Source: Octopus vulgaris (Eukaryota). Taken from it: a stretch of 64,000 bases of DNA. How positions within the stretch are numbered: position 1 is the stretch's first letter; the number at the start of each line of letters is the position of its first letter. The translations under genes were made by a program, and so were the position numbers. Location of the stretch: contig OX597831.1 of NCBI GenBank assembly GCA_951406725.2, forward strand, positions 45,942,001 through 46,006,000. Reading direction: 5' to 3'. The notes under the pieces are model-generated. The model saw only the letters and a program-made list of their open reading frames with translations. It had not been told where the DNA came from and did no database searches. Below, in pieces: positions 12,406-25,482 of this stretch.

Positions 12406-12792
12406 GGATCTTTTCGGTTTGACCGGCAGTTTTTAAAATAATTTCCACGTAACTAAACACTTTTAAACTTCGTATACTGGTAGAATGTGTTTATAAAACA
12501 TCTTGGTTTTATTGAGAAAAATCTATAGTTTGTAAGATATTTTTTGTTTTTTTTTCTTCAATTTCTGCAATTTCAACCAATCAATGACGTCTATTGAGAT
12601 GAAAACATTCTGTGCCGTATGAATATGACTCTCGTTTAAGAAACAGATTGGGTTTATTTCTGAAGAAAAAAAGGTACCCTTCCCCCACCACTATCCCTAA
12701 CCCTAAAACAGATCGATACTAGGGTCATAATTATGGGTGACAATTTCATATGACACCGCTAGAAAAACCTGCCGTTCAAACCGAAAAGATCC
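12406..12792. mobile_element. Merlin-like MITE with internal CCCTAA hexamers
   Basis: TIR GGATCTTTTCGGTTTGA.CGGCAG; 8-bp TSD TTTTATAG/TTTTATTG. Confidence 0.75.
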
Positions 12793-12904
12793 TTTTATTG
12801 GCATTCCTTTTTATTTTTAAGCTCGATTTTTTCCTCTATAACTTCTATAGTTTTTGAAATCTGAATAAATCTTACCTCTCTCTCCTCGAGGTAACTATGT
12901 ATCT

Positions 12905-13222
12905 ACTTTATTGCAAAGCGCCTATTTCTGCCCATCTGCTCATACGCTGACTTCTCATGTGGCACAAAGTCACCTTCCTCAACACGCAACCACCATTTGA
13001 GGAGGTCTTGTCTTGTAAATTATTTGGTGACCTCACTGCTGCTGGTGCCACATAAAAAGCAGCCAGCGCACACTGTAAAATGGTTGGCGTTAGGAAAGGC
13101 ATCAAGCCGTAGAAACCATGCCAAAGCAAATAATAGGGTTTGGCGCTGTCTTCTGACTTGCCAGTCTTCTGTCAAACCGTCCAACCTATGCCAGCATGGA
13201 AAACAAACATTAATGACGATGA
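12905..13222 (+). mobile_element. Short RTE-3'UTR-derived retroelement (similar copies near 1140-1265, 5975-6150, 26340-26690, 30190-30365, 32676-32870, 33340-33560, 40975-41225, 46862-47235, 53100-53270, 55560-56040, 56405-56547)
   Basis: GTGGTTGGCGTTAGGAA.GGCATC...AACCCATGCCAGCATGGAAA...(GAT)n motif shared with the 3' end of the RTE LINE at 27170-28645. Confidence 0.7.
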
Positions 13223-14289
13223 TAATTTATCTCTTCAGATGCATGTTGATGGAGTGCCAAATATTAAAAAAAAAAAAAAAAATGAATTTAATTGAAAGCC
13301 CAATATTAACACGTTTAAGAATTTTGTCTATTAATTTTGATTAAATTTGCGATTGTAAAAGCACAACTTTAGAATAAACAGCAGTGGTTCAGAAAGTATT
13401 AGATTAAAAATATAGTTACATACGAAATGTGTTATTTATCAAGGATAACCTTCAACAGTTTTGAAGTATAAAGTTCTACAGATTCATTTGGTAGACAGTT
13501 ATTTTCTCTAAATATTTGAATCGGTTTCCTGTTTTCTGGAAGGGGTTGTTGAAAAAGAAATCGGTCAGATGATTTAGATAGACTTTTACACCCGCTGCCA
13601 ACTAAATATGTTACAAGGAGATATTGTAAACCAACCATCTTGTTTATGTATGGTGTAAATGTAGACAACGTGTTGCTTAGTTATTCAGTAATAAGGAGCT
13701 GAGGTAGGGCTAGACAAGGACTCTTAAAAGCCCTAAGCACTTAAAAAATGTTGGTGCCACCATATATATGTAATTCAAAATATATTCAAAATGATAAACT
13801 ATGAAATAAACTTTCATTTTTCAACATGAAACAAATCTAACAGTAAGATGGGAAATAATGTTTATTTTTGTATACTTCCATTTTTTTATATATGAAAAAG
13901 TGTTCTACTTTCATTAGAGTAAAGTTTTTGAACAGATCCTATGAACAACATGAACACTTCGAAATTATATTTCTGACCATATAAACCACTTCGAATTTTA
14001 TTTTAGCAAGTTTAATGTAATTTCTTTTGTGGCGTAAACCATTTACCATTTCTGTGATGCCCTAAACTTGTGGTTATTTTGCTTTGTGGTTAATAACAGC
14101 GCCAAGATAGTCCCAGAGAAACGTTGTTTAGGATCGCTGAGAGTTTTCAGTGTTCAGCATCAGTAAAAAGAAGAAAAAAAGTTTGATAGAATGCCTTGTA
14201 GCGTCGTTTCTGGCTCTCTGCGTTCAGAGTTCAAATTACACCGGGGGAACATCGTCTTTCATTTCTTCGAATTCGATAAACAAAGTATC

Positions 14290-14664
14290 AGATTTAAAAA
14301 AAATAATTTTTTGTAACTAAACACTTTCAAACTTCGGACACTGGTAGAATGTGTCATATAAAACATCTTTTACTCTTAGCATTTTTGAGAAAAACTTATA
14401 TTTACGAAGTTATTTCACGTTAAAGTTCTCGTATTTCAGTAATTTCAACCAATCAATGACGGCAGTAATTTTATTCAGCTGAATACACGTCATTGATTGG
14501 TTGAAATTACTGAAATACAAGGACTTAAACGTGAAATAACTTCGTAAATATAAGTTTTTCTCAAAAATGCTAAGAGTAAAAGATGTTTTATATGACACAT
14601 TCTACCAGTGTCCGAAGTTTGAAAGTGTTTAGTTACAAAAAATTATTTTTTAAATCTGTAGGTC
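14290..14664. mobile_element. Foldback core of the Merlin-like MITE family, inserted in an old Meta SINE
   Basis: ~170-bp near-perfect inverted arms around ~14460-14487; SINE sequence resumes with CAGTTGAGCACTGGGG. Confidence 0.7.
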
Positions 14665-16484
14665 CAGTTGAGCACTGGGGTAGAAAGGTACTTGGCCTAG
14701 GGGTTAGGCTTGTAGCGTGGGTTACGATAAGACTTGGTGGAAGTTTATATATACTTTTATTGCTATAATTTGTACAAAGCTTCAGGAAATACAAACAGCA
14801 TCAAATTATAAGAACATCGTATATACAGGAGTTGAAATCTTAATGTTTAAACTGATCTGCACATTGTTGTAAAAACGTATGGCGTTGGTTCTTCAAAATC
14901 TCCTAATTGATAAATAGATGCAAAAATAGCTATTAGGAAAACCGCGCTGGTTTGAGTATTAAATAGTGAAAACAGCACGAGAGGGAAAATTTGTATAGGA
15001 CTACAGCGAGACGAGCCCGAATTCTCTCTGGCCTAATCTCGTCCATAACGGCTGCTTATAACGCCGTTGCTGAAAGAATTTTGTGGAATTATCACGTGAA
15101 CACTTAACTCTCATTGGTTGAAAATGGGGTCTGTACACCTGATACACGCATGATCCACTTACGATCGAACGTGTAAATGAAATCAACCGTTATAGGGTGT
15201 TGTACTCACGATCGTTTGTTTCTCGGACAGGGAAAATGTGTTGTATACTTGAGCAAAACACTTCATTTCACGTTGCTTCGGTGCACTAACTGCAAAGAGT
15301 TCCAGCAATAGCCGAGGTGTTGACCCTGCGACAGACCGGCGTTCCGTTCAAGGAAGATTGTTCTGATATCGATCACGTATACGCCATAAAAACCGGATTG
15401 AGCTCTGGCCTTACGAGTCTTTGGGCCCATAATAGACCTAATCGTATAGGTAGTTTCTCCTCCTGCTCTTTTAAAATCGGCTATGTGAAGAGGAAAAGAA
15501 AGGAACGTTCTCATTGTGGTCCCATCAATCCTAGATAAAGAAATCATCGATTATAAAGATAACTCCAATAAGATCAGATGATCGAAATTTCGCACAGTAT
15601 AAACAAATGACAGTGGATCCGGTCTTTCTACTCAGTTGGCAAGACTAAGAGCTATCTATCTGACTGTCTGTCTAAACAATGGGTGTACTCCAATGTTCCC
15701 TCCAGTTTTTTTTTTTTATCTTGGGTGTGCGCAGAACTTTATTCGTGTGTAAATTCTGTCTTTCTCTGCAAAGTATGTGTGCATTAAATTTTTTTTTAGA
15801 TAAGTTCGTCATTATAGAGTCCATTCTATGTGTTTCTCTGTTGCTGTCACAGATTTGGAAACGTTAAAATCAAGTGAAAATTTTCAAATTTGGTATATTG
15901 ATGTAATTTTTCACGCTGAATCCAATTTTGTTATTCATTGATTTTAGAAAAGATTTAGAAAAATACTATAGAGGTTTAAAGTTTAGTCATTTTTAGCCAA
16001 TCAGAAAACAGGATGTGGAAGTTTGCGTTTTCTGCATGATAGCTGTCTATCATAGAATGAAAGCAAAAACATTAGGACGACAAATTTTTATTAAACAAAA
16101 TGAAAGCAAAACGACGAAAGGTTTAAGTTTTTAGACATGTGAACGGTCGAATAGACATGAAAATAATTTAAGAAAAAATACTCAACGAAATTCTTTTGCG
16201 AAAAATTACAAAAAAAAAACCAAAACAAAAACAAACAAACGGTTAGGGTTAGGATTTAAGGTTAGAGTTAAAGTTAAGGATTAGGGTTAGAGTTTGACTT
16301 GTTTAAGAAATTACATAGGCTAAAAGAATATACAGGTAGTGGTGAGTCTCTTTTTATATAATTTTCTTTTAGGGATAACATCTTTCTCTTGAAAGTAAGA
16401 AACCACATCCTCCATCATACTCGAATTAGCTGCGGTCATACCTATATTTAGGTTGAAAAGGTCTAGGAAAACATACAGTTCAAA

Positions 16485-17082
16485 ACCTTTTGACCTACAG
16501 ATTTTAAAATAATTTTTTGTAACTAAACACTTTCAAACTTCGGACACTGCTAGAATGCGTCATATAAAACATCTTTTACTCTTAGCATTTTTGAGAAAAA
16601 CTTATATTTACGAAGTTATTTCACGTTAAAGTAGTCCTATTTCGGTAATTTCAACCAATCAATGACGTGTATTCATTTGTATAAAATTACTGCCGTTGTT
16701 TGTCAACAACAGCTATCGGCGGTGTAATTTTCGTTTGTCACTGTTGTTTATGACATTGTTCGTGCATTTGTACTGGTTTTAGGGTTAGGGTTAGAGTTTT
16801 AGGGTTAGGGTTGTCATAAATAACAGTAACAAACGAAAAATACACCACTGGAAGTTCTTGTTGACAAACAACGGCAGTAATTCTACTCAGCTGAATACAC
16901 GTCATTGATTGGTTGAAATTACCGAAATAGGACTACTTTAACGTGAAATTACTTCGTAAATATAAGTTTTTCTCAAAAATGCTAAGAGTAAAAGATGTTT
17001 TATATGACACTTTCTACCAGTGTCCGAAATTTGAAAGTGTTTAGTTACAAAAAATTATTTTTAAATCTGTAGGTCAAAATCC
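16485..17082. mobile_element. Palindromic Merlin-like MITE with central TTAGGG repeats
   Basis: ~270-bp inverted arms; centre TTTTAGGGTTAGGGTTAGAGTTTTAGGGTTAGGG; same family as 63394-63852. Confidence 0.75.
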
Positions 17083-17195
17083 AAGAAATTACAGAAGTAA
17101 AATACACCTTGTGGTAAATTAAGCGGACTACAGCTCCAGTTGTTACTATAAAAATAGGCACCAATGTCTGTGGCTTTTGACTGGCTAAAATTACC

Positions 17196-17814
17196 GGATC
17201 TTTTCATTTTGAACGGCACTTTGTAACATAATTTCTAGGTAACTAAAAAGTTTTAAACTTCGTATACTGGTAGAATGTGTTTATAAAACATCATTTTCTC
17301 TTGGTTTTATTGAGAAAATTCTATAGTATGTAAGATATTTCGTCTGAAATTTCGAGCATTTCGGCAATTTTAACCAATCGATTACCTCCATTGAGCTAAA
17401 ATCATTTGCTGCGTCTAAAACTGAGACAACATCCTGTCACTAACCCTAAACCTCACCCTAACCCTAAATTTTTTTCTTCTTAATTGTTAAATTAATTTAA
17501 TTGTTACGTGTGTAAAAAAAAAACGAAAGCGTAATAATTAAATTAATTTAACGATGGTGGTTAGGGTTAGGGTGAGGTTTAGGTTTAGTGACAGGATGTT
17601 GTCTCAGTTTTAGACGCAGCAAATGATTTTAGCTCAATTAGAGGCGATTCATTGGTTAAAATTCGAAAAATTAAACTACGTTAAACAAACGAATTACAAT
17701 TTTATCAAGAAAGCTAAGAGAAAAATGTTTTATTTTGACACATTCTACCAGTATACGAAGTTTTAAAGTGTTTAGTTAACTAGAAATTGTGTGCCGTTCA
17801 AAAGGAAAAGATTC
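17196..17814. mobile_element. Palindromic Merlin-like MITE
   Basis: TIR GGATCTTTTC.TTTTGAACGGCAC; exact 8-bp TSD AAATTACC; inverted CCCTAA/TTAGGG blocks. Confidence 0.8.
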
Positions 17815-19815
17815 AAATTACCCAACATTTGCAAAAGTTTACAAACTATTAACTTTTTATTTATTAATTTATGGCAAAAATAGCATACAAAAAATTGGGA
17901 ATCATTTGGCGCTCGTACATTCACTTTACGTCGTGTTAGAAGCTATAATAAAACTTTACATGTTGTGAAAGATTATCAGAAAGAGCGTTTTACGTCGGCT
18001 TCTTAGCGAAGAAGAGTTCAACAAAATATCATTGGTGCATATTGAGCTACGACCCAGGTAACTTAGGGATCTAATAATTGTTTCAAATTTTGGTACAAGT
18101 GCAGCAGTTTAGTCTATTACATCGATTTCACTGGTCAACTGATACTTATTTCATCGACCCCGAAAGGATGAGCAGCAAAGTCGATCTCAGCAGCATTTGA
18201 ACTCAGAATGTAAAGAACCGGAAGAAATACTCCTAATCAAGCAGCTTGTCCGACATGTTTGCGATTCTGTCAGGTCGCTGCTCTACCTAGGAATCTAATA
18301 ATACTATGGATGAGACTTCGCGGTTTTTACCAGTGTCGATCTATTGTGAGCTAAATGACAGACTATGCTCAAGAGCTATTGATAAAGTTGGTTACAGGTG
18401 CCTGAGAAAGAATCGTTGGACTGCCTGCAAACCTGAGAGCGTACACAGTTTGTTGTTCAACAAGAACAGAATTTAGACCGCGGAAAATGAATCATAAAGT
18501 ATTGGTCAACATTATTATAAAAACATTTTAACGTGAGCGAAAGCGGCTTTCCATCCCCAAAATTTAATATAGAAAGAGTGAAAAGCTTCGGAATTTTCTG
18601 CAATGGAATTTTAAAATAACAAACAAAAACAAATGGAAAGCCATCGCGTGCGCTATCGCTTGCGATGATCAAAATACCCAGCATCTTTGCTTCGATCATC
18701 TTGGTCCCACGGTAACGACGTTTTGATGGATAAATTAGATATTGTTTAAGCTGTGTGTTGTTCCCATATAAAATCAAGCTAACAGAAAAATTATTGTGTT
18801 TTCACAACACCACGCAAGCGTTTGAACATAATTTATTGTGTTGTATTAGTATGTTTTTTTTTTTGCTAAAAACCGCTGTATTTAAGGCTTCCGTTGATAG
18901 AAAGTTCTAGTGAGTACCATGTGAACAAAAAATTTCTGATTGCCTGAAATGGGGTCTGCACGCATAATTAACTCGCGATTTACATGGGGTCAAAATCAAC
19001 AGCCATGAAATGGAACGTATATAAGACTGCTGTGGGCAAAGTGATGGCAACGCTACCAACAGTGTTTTAAGTATAGTGGTTCACAAACACGTATTACAGA
19101 GCGAAATTATTTTGCAAATTAGATGCCCTTTCTTTTTTTGCGCATTCATGATTTGTGTTTGAAAATGCGCTGCTGAATGCTGTCAGAAAGCGTTAAATTT
19201 CTTTGAATTATATATATTATTGTTGCTTTTACCTATCGGTGGCATTTTCTTTCAGCTACATTATTTAAAGGTGGGGCTCACAAGTCCATGTGAAGAGTAT
19301 GTCATTTCATGCAACGGAAGCACTTTTACACAGGTTTTCTGCAACAAAACAAGTCTTGGATGACATTTCATAAAACACTTACGAGAAAAGAAAATGTCAG
19401 CACAAACTAGAGGACTATTTTCAACCATGATAAAGTTGAAAAAAAGGAATAAACGTAATTGTGTGGAATTCAGTATTACGGAGTTTTCAGAGGACTAGCG
19501 CTTCATTGCAATATTTTGGTGAAGATTTGAGCATAGCTTACACACTCTATAAATGGATGTATTCAAGCTATGCGTTCTACTTCTTCAGGTATTGAGCAAA
19601 AAGGGCCGAGCTGAATGAGAAGTTCACGAACTACTATCACGAAGAGAATACAGCCGAAATTACAAGTTTCTGTGATTTCGACACTTCTACCTCATTTGTT
19701 GAAGTCAGGATACCTTTCTCGGAAGTTTAAAAACAGGGCATTTCTTGCTATATTTATAGCTTGGTTATCAAACCATAAACATTATATTTGGTTTCCTTCA
19801 TTACTAGTAATCATT

Positions 19816-20543
19816 TAAATAATAATAATAATAATAATGAAATTATTGTATACAGTGCTCAGGTGCACCACAACTTGTCAAAAAGTTCGTATAAAGTATA
19901 TGCAGTAATGTACAAATGTCTGGAAAGCGAACAGTGTACGAGTCAGATACATGCTTGCGTGTGTATGGAGGGGAGAAAATTAGGTGCATTGTTGGCGAAT
20001 CTCAGGAAGCATGGAAGTTTTGAAGGATGCAGTGCTCCGACAACTAACAACTGATGTCGGCAGTTTGTTCCATGCTTCAGGAACTCTCAGCGTGAAAAAA
20101 TGTTTCCGAAAGTCATGGGAGCTGTGCTGTTTTCTGACTTTGTAAATATGTCCACGGGTGTTAGACAGGTGGAGTTTGAAAAGGTTCTTAGAGTTATTGT
20201 TAGTAAGATGGTTAATAATTTTATGGGTGCCTGCCAAGTCAGCTGCCAGACGTTGGTGTTTCAATGTGTCCATGCCCAGGGAAGTAAGGCGTTCAGAATA
20301 TGGCAAATGCCTGATGGAGGGTATTCTTTTGGTTGCACGTTGCTGAACGGCTTCCAGACGATTAATATCCTGAGCAAGATAGGGGTTCCAGATAGGTGAT
20401 GCAAATTCCAGGTGAGGTCTTACCACAGTTATATAAAGCCGCAGATAGATAGCCGGAGAGCGGCTTACAAAGGACTTGGTGAGTGATGCCAAGACACCCT
20501 CAGCCTTCTTGGCAATTTTAGCGATGTGTTTTGTCCAACGCAA
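19816..20543 (-). mobile_element. 5'-truncated CR1-clade LINE (ORF2 C-terminus, 3'UTR, (TTA)n tail)
   Basis: ORF 19980-20543: LYITVVRPHLEFASPIWNPY...LEAVQQRATK...YSERL..L...TRGH...FFTLRV..AWNKLP, typical CR1 RT C-terminal motifs. Confidence 0.88.
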
Positions 20544-20712
20544 AACAGAAGAAATTATGGAGAGATTATCAAAGCTTACCAGATCATAGCCAAATGGTTT
20601 GGAAGAATCTGTGCAGTCGACAGCATTGTCTAAAACTGCTTCTCATATTGTCATCTAGCAAAACTTCGTAGAATTACAGTTTTACCATTTGACGACTGAC
20701 AATTCTTTAGAG

Positions 20713-20859
20713 CAGGCATGGTTACTTTTTTTTTCGAGAAGCTGGTTGCATAAGACATGGTTCATCATCAGGCGGATCGCACTTCCCACAAAATTCAGGG
20801 TAATTTTTTGTTGGCATGCCATTCAGAAAGTTCCGTGGGCCGCAATTTGCCTATGACTG
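20713..20859. mobile_element. hAT (Charlie-like) MITE
   Basis: CAGGCATG...TATGACTG ends; exact 8-bp TSD CTTTAGAG. Confidence 0.65.
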
Positions 20860-20867
20860 CTTTAGAG

Positions 20868-21050
20868 TTGTACTCTGCGACTGTTTTTCAATTGCAGTAC
20901 ACTTATATTCTTTTCAAAATTCAGCGGCACATCTGAACTAAAAACATAACTAAGTATGGGAACAAAATTATATTCAGGTTACACTACAGCACACCTAGCA
21001 TCGTCTCGTGGCACACCAGTGTGCCGCGGCATACTGATTGCGGAGCACTG
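20868..21050. mobile_element. Second hAT MITE at the same target site
   Basis: Ends TTGCGGAGCACTG followed by a third CTTTAGAG; left end degenerate. Confidence 0.5.
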
Positions 21051-21303
21051 CTTTAGAGTTTCGTTTTCTAAATGTAGAAATGCCTTGAGCTTTCATATGT
21101 CACTCACAACTACCAGCTGTAATAGAGAACGCTCGTTTTCAAAACTGATAAGGATTAAGCATAAACTAAGGAATAGATTGAATAATTCCACTGTTTTGAG
21201 CATTGAAATGGATCCTGAGTAAAGTAAATATTTCCAGTATCACTCACAGATAAAACTAAAAAAAAAAGTGAAAATTGTAGTTTAAAATTAAAGAAAAAAA
21301 TGT

Positions 21304-21444
21304 ACATTATTCACATTTGACGAATATTTCTCCTCGTCTTGCTTGTTGTTAACACAAACGGTTGTGTTAACAACAAACAAGATGAGAAATATCCGTCAAA
21401 TGTAAATAATGTACATAATTCTTCATCTCTTAAATATAGAACTG
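21304..21444 (+). mobile_element. Short palindromic copy of the Penelope-type element seen at 31760-32270
   Basis: Inverted arms plus 3' tail ACATAATTCTTCATCTCTTAAATATAGAACTG; direct flanking repeat TAAAGAAAAAAATGT (21289-21303/21445-21459). Confidence 0.75.
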
Positions 21445-22809
21445 TAAAGAAAAAAATGTTTTTCTAACATATGTGCCCCCTTTTTTTAAAAAATATACAT
21501 ACATTTTAGTGTCCCTTACAGCACTCGCATTTCTTTACTCAGATTTTGGTCCCGGGTAAATTTGGTCGAGCAATTTGCCCTGCATTCGGAATATGATTCC
21601 AAGAAGAAAATGTCACTCTTTTGGTCGGGAACGTGGACCACTTTTAACGATTTGGGCAATTCGGAATATAGTCATAGGAATCGTTAATTGCACACGAAAT
21701 ATTTTAAATTTAGAAAACTGGATTATAGTCGCGTAAAAATTGACCAGCTTAAGATTATGGACTACATAAGATATATGATCTTGCAGAATGTATATTTTTG
21801 GTGACGAAGTATTTTTCAGTTATTGATGCAAGTCTGTATTTACTCTTTGTGACTATAATTTAAAAAAAAATAAATTTCACAGAATTTTTTAGTGGAGATG
21901 AGAAAGTAATTAATTTAAAAAAATACATTTTGTTGTTATGTTAAGTAGACGTAACATAAACGTGTACTGATGGTGAGGTGTAAAATTGTACATCATGCAC
22001 TAATATACAAGTTTAGCTTTCTTCTGTCTCCCGCAAAATGTTTCGTCCCTCCAAATCCCTCATTTTGCTTCAGCAAGTCCTTCTAATAAACCAAATAAGC
22101 TAACAAATTCAAAAGATAGCGGGCTATAACTTTCTTTACAGGCACATTTGAATATATATTTGTAGTATATGTCGTCCTCTTCATTACTCCCATAAAATTT
22201 AATCTATTCAATTAGTTGAAACCCATTGAGATCATAGGAATAAAAGCACTTTTAAACAGATAACTTATTAAGGCTTCCATTCTACGTCGTGAAGTTACTT
22301 ATAAATCGTAGTTATCTCCCCTTTTCATGGCACTGTCATGAACGAAAGAATTAGCGACTTTGGCAATACAGCTGCGATTTGATGGATTCCTGCAGTCTAC
22401 AGATATGGTTTGTAATATACATCATGTATTTTAACCCACATTTTCACGTAGTTTATAATTAAACAGGAAAATACTAAATATTCTGCGTAATTTTTCTACA
22501 TTTTCTGCCTTCCATTCAAACTCATGATGTAAAGTATAACAGGCAGATTTTAGGCATATTGTTTCTTGTTTCTTTTTTCAACACTCCTTAAATCTTATTT
22601 TAGATTTTTATCTTATTTTCTGATTATGTATATGTCCGTGTATTGACACCGATCTATCGCCTCGCAACCACTGCATCTTCTGGTGGGAATTTTCCACTCT
22701 ATAGAAATGCCATTATTCCTCATTGAATAATGTTTATGTTATATATATTTCAAAAATTCTTTTATTAATCTAACACTCTAGGGATATTATCTTTTCTTTA
22801 TCTTTAAAT

Positions 22810-22949
22810 TTTTCTCCTTGGAGGTCGAAACGGCTACCGAAATTCTATCGATTGCTGTCTTGAGGTGCCGGAGGAGTTTTCAGAACAAGCTTTGTCTCAC
22901 CTTAGAGGAGGCGGAGGAGGAGGAAGAAAGATGATGATATAAACAAAAG
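22810..22949 (+). promoter_or_regulatory. Candidate promoter / non-coding first exon of CCDC142
   Basis: Unique, GC/CpG-richer, purine-rich segment ending AAG|GTGATG near the edge of the CpG-retaining region; a second candidate 32-nt UTR exon at 23272-23303 (poly-T..GAAG| ... |GTATGT). Confidence 0.3.
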
Positions 22950-24508
22950 GTGATGGAATATTTATTTAAGTTTATTATTATTATTTGTTTAAATATAATA
23001 TTGACTTTTAATATTTGCACTGAAACGGAACCACATGGAAAGAATTAGACATGACGCTTCTGTTTATCCCTGCCTCTTGTATCGTTCCATACATAGAATT
23101 GGTAACTGTTTTCATCGGTATGCTGGCATATTGGCGATTTGTTGAAGAAGAAACGCCTCTCCTTACGTGTGATGTTGCCTACGTGCGTCATTTGCTAGTA
23201 ATCACATCGTTAATTCATAATCAGCAATTCAACAGATAGCCTTTTTGTTTTATTATTTTTTTTTACTGAAGATGATCAGTCAGCATCGTAGACTATTGCT
23301 ATGGTATGTAACAACGATATTGTACTATTTACATTATTTACAGATATTTGTGTGTGTGTGTGTATCCATACGTATGAATGTATAGAAAAATACATGAACG
23401 TGAGAATCATGTTACACACACACACAGATGTAAGTGTTTCTTCATAGATGTGTTATGCCTGTCAGCCAAGGTTTGGTCATGGCTGTTTCGCTCTTGTCAG
23501 GTTCGAGTAATACTGTTATGTATCTATTGAATATAAAAAGCAACAGTAGGAATGGTAGTAATATGTTAGAGAGATGAAGCAGTCAACCAGGTGAAAGAAT
23601 GTGACAGCCACGCGTACCTGCCATGTTCAGCCAATGGAACAGTCGACATCTAGAGAACTGCCGTACCAAAGAAGCGAGAAACAATGTATGTGTGCGTGCG
23701 TGCGGGTGTTTGTGTATTTATATAAGTACAGACATATGGTAGAAAATTGGTTCGTACATTATGCTCATTTAAATAAAAAAATCTGTTGTATTTTAACGGA
23801 ACCCTTCTAATTTTGACTCCAAATTTAATTCGTTCTGATATCTAAACTTTGTATAAACCATATTCTGTATTTGTTTTTTTTTTTATCTTCCTTCACGTCT
23901 CCATCAATCGTCACACTCCACTTCACGTGTGCCCCAGTCTTCTTAGTTATCCTCTCAAATTATTCCCTCTTTTGGGTTACCTTTGTTCGCATGGCTGTCA
24001 ATATAGTTGACAAGATCGTTGCACAATAATTTTGCATGAGGTAAATGTTACTATAACTTAAAGATTTTAAGGGTCCCTTGCTAAAACAGACTTATTATAA
24101 ACTGCTTTCTGTGTAAATGTTTTCTTTAAATGTCACATCAAAGGCCTCACTATCAGTGATAAAAAATATATTTTAGTAATTAATAAACTCCTATATTTAT
24201 AAGGAATTGTTCCCAGCAATTATATATCCATGATGAAAGAATAAACATCACTCACAAACAAATCTAATTTATACCAAGTTCCCATTTTACCCTTCCCTAT
24301 GGATTTATCTATTATCTTTTATTTGTTTCAGTCATTGGACTATGCTGGGGCACCAGTTTGGAAGGCATATCGACCCCAGTACTAATTCTTAACTCTGGTA
24401 CTTATTGTATTGTCTCTTTTGCCGAACTGCTAAGTTACAGGGATATAAAGAAAACAAAATCGGTTGTCAAGCAGCGGTTGGATACAAACACACACGTATA
24501 TACATACG

Positions 24509-24686
24509 CATGCCCGTCACTAAAAGGGTGTACTGGACAGTACTTTCCCCTCACGGTTCAATGGTGTACCCTCAGATTTACTGTGATGCACTTATTTCAA
24601 AACTCCACTTTAGCATTATTACAAATTACTGCCCATCCAGAATATTCTGAAGCACCCCCAGGCACCAAAATCTGGCAACGGGCCTG
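24509..24686. mobile_element. hAT-type MITE nested in an old CORE SINE
   Basis: TIR CATGCCCGTCAC/GCAACGGGCCTG; TSD TACATACG/TACATACA; homologous to 8554-8716. Confidence 0.7.
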
Positions 24687-25262
24687 TACATACATATATA
24701 ACAAGCTTTCATACCATTACTATTGCCCAAAATTTATTCACAAAGCATTGGTTGGCCTGGAGTTATAACAAAAAACACTTGCCTGAGGTGCTGTACAGTG
24801 GGACTGAACCCCCATCCTGTGGTTGAAAAGCAAGCTTTTTAACCACTTGATGGGGTTCAGTCCCACTGTACAGCACCTTTTTAACCACACAGGCAGGCAT
24901 GGTACTTGCAAGTACTTGGTAACCTCACCTGTACAGGTAACATGTAAAAAGCACCCAGTACACTCTGTAAAATGGTTGCAGTTAGGAAGGGCATCCAGCA
25001 TAGAAACCGAGTCAAAGCAGACTGTAGAGCTTGGCATAACCTTCTGTCTTACCAGCTCCTGTCAAACTATCCAACCCATGCCTGCCTGTGTGGCTCTGGT
25101 TCTGAAACTGATAGATACCAGTCTAATCCCTGAAGAATAAAAAAAATATATAAAATTGCAGCCTTGCAGCTTAATTAGGAAAACAAAACAGGCTTTGCTG
25201 CCCTGCCAGATAATTCTTTTTTTTTTTTCTGTCATGGTGCTAAATAAATTTGAAAAGCTTAA

Positions 25263-25482
25263 CCCTTTGGTGTTTAAACTGGCTGTATCTGACGAATATA
25301 CTCTACCGTTTATCTTCAAACTGGTCCAATTATTGCTTTTCATAGCTACCTTACAGTGTCAGTTTTAAAATAATCACTCACACCATTGAAATCTCAAAGC
25401 CGTGAAATAATGCATGATTAATTTAAGACGGTGTGAATACATAAGCTTTACATTTGACAGAAAAATTTTGAATGCTAAAGGG
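25263..25482. mobile_element. piggyBac-like MITE (relatives near 33850-34082, 34230-34440, 36427-36639, 39118-39333, 54950-55170, 62548-62715)
   Basis: TTAA|CCCTTT ... AAAGGG|TTAA. Confidence 0.7.

Larger units (their letters stand above)
18590..21222 (+). pseudogene. Highly decayed hAT transposase relic, interrupted by CR1 and MITEs
   Basis: 21097-21222 reads SLTTTSCNRERSFSKLIRIKHKLRNRLNNSTVLSIE (hAT C-terminal dimerisation motif ERSFS...RL..L..LSIE); weaker traces near 18680-18760 and 19140-19210; boundaries approximate. Confidence 0.55.

Noticed and set aside
15000-15660. CpG-rich unique segment with short ORFs
   Set aside because: No recognisable domain, splice structure or element ends; cannot be assigned from sequence alone.
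16777-16812. Telomere or chromosome-fusion remnant
   Set aside because: Only a few hexamers, embedded at the centre of a MITE.
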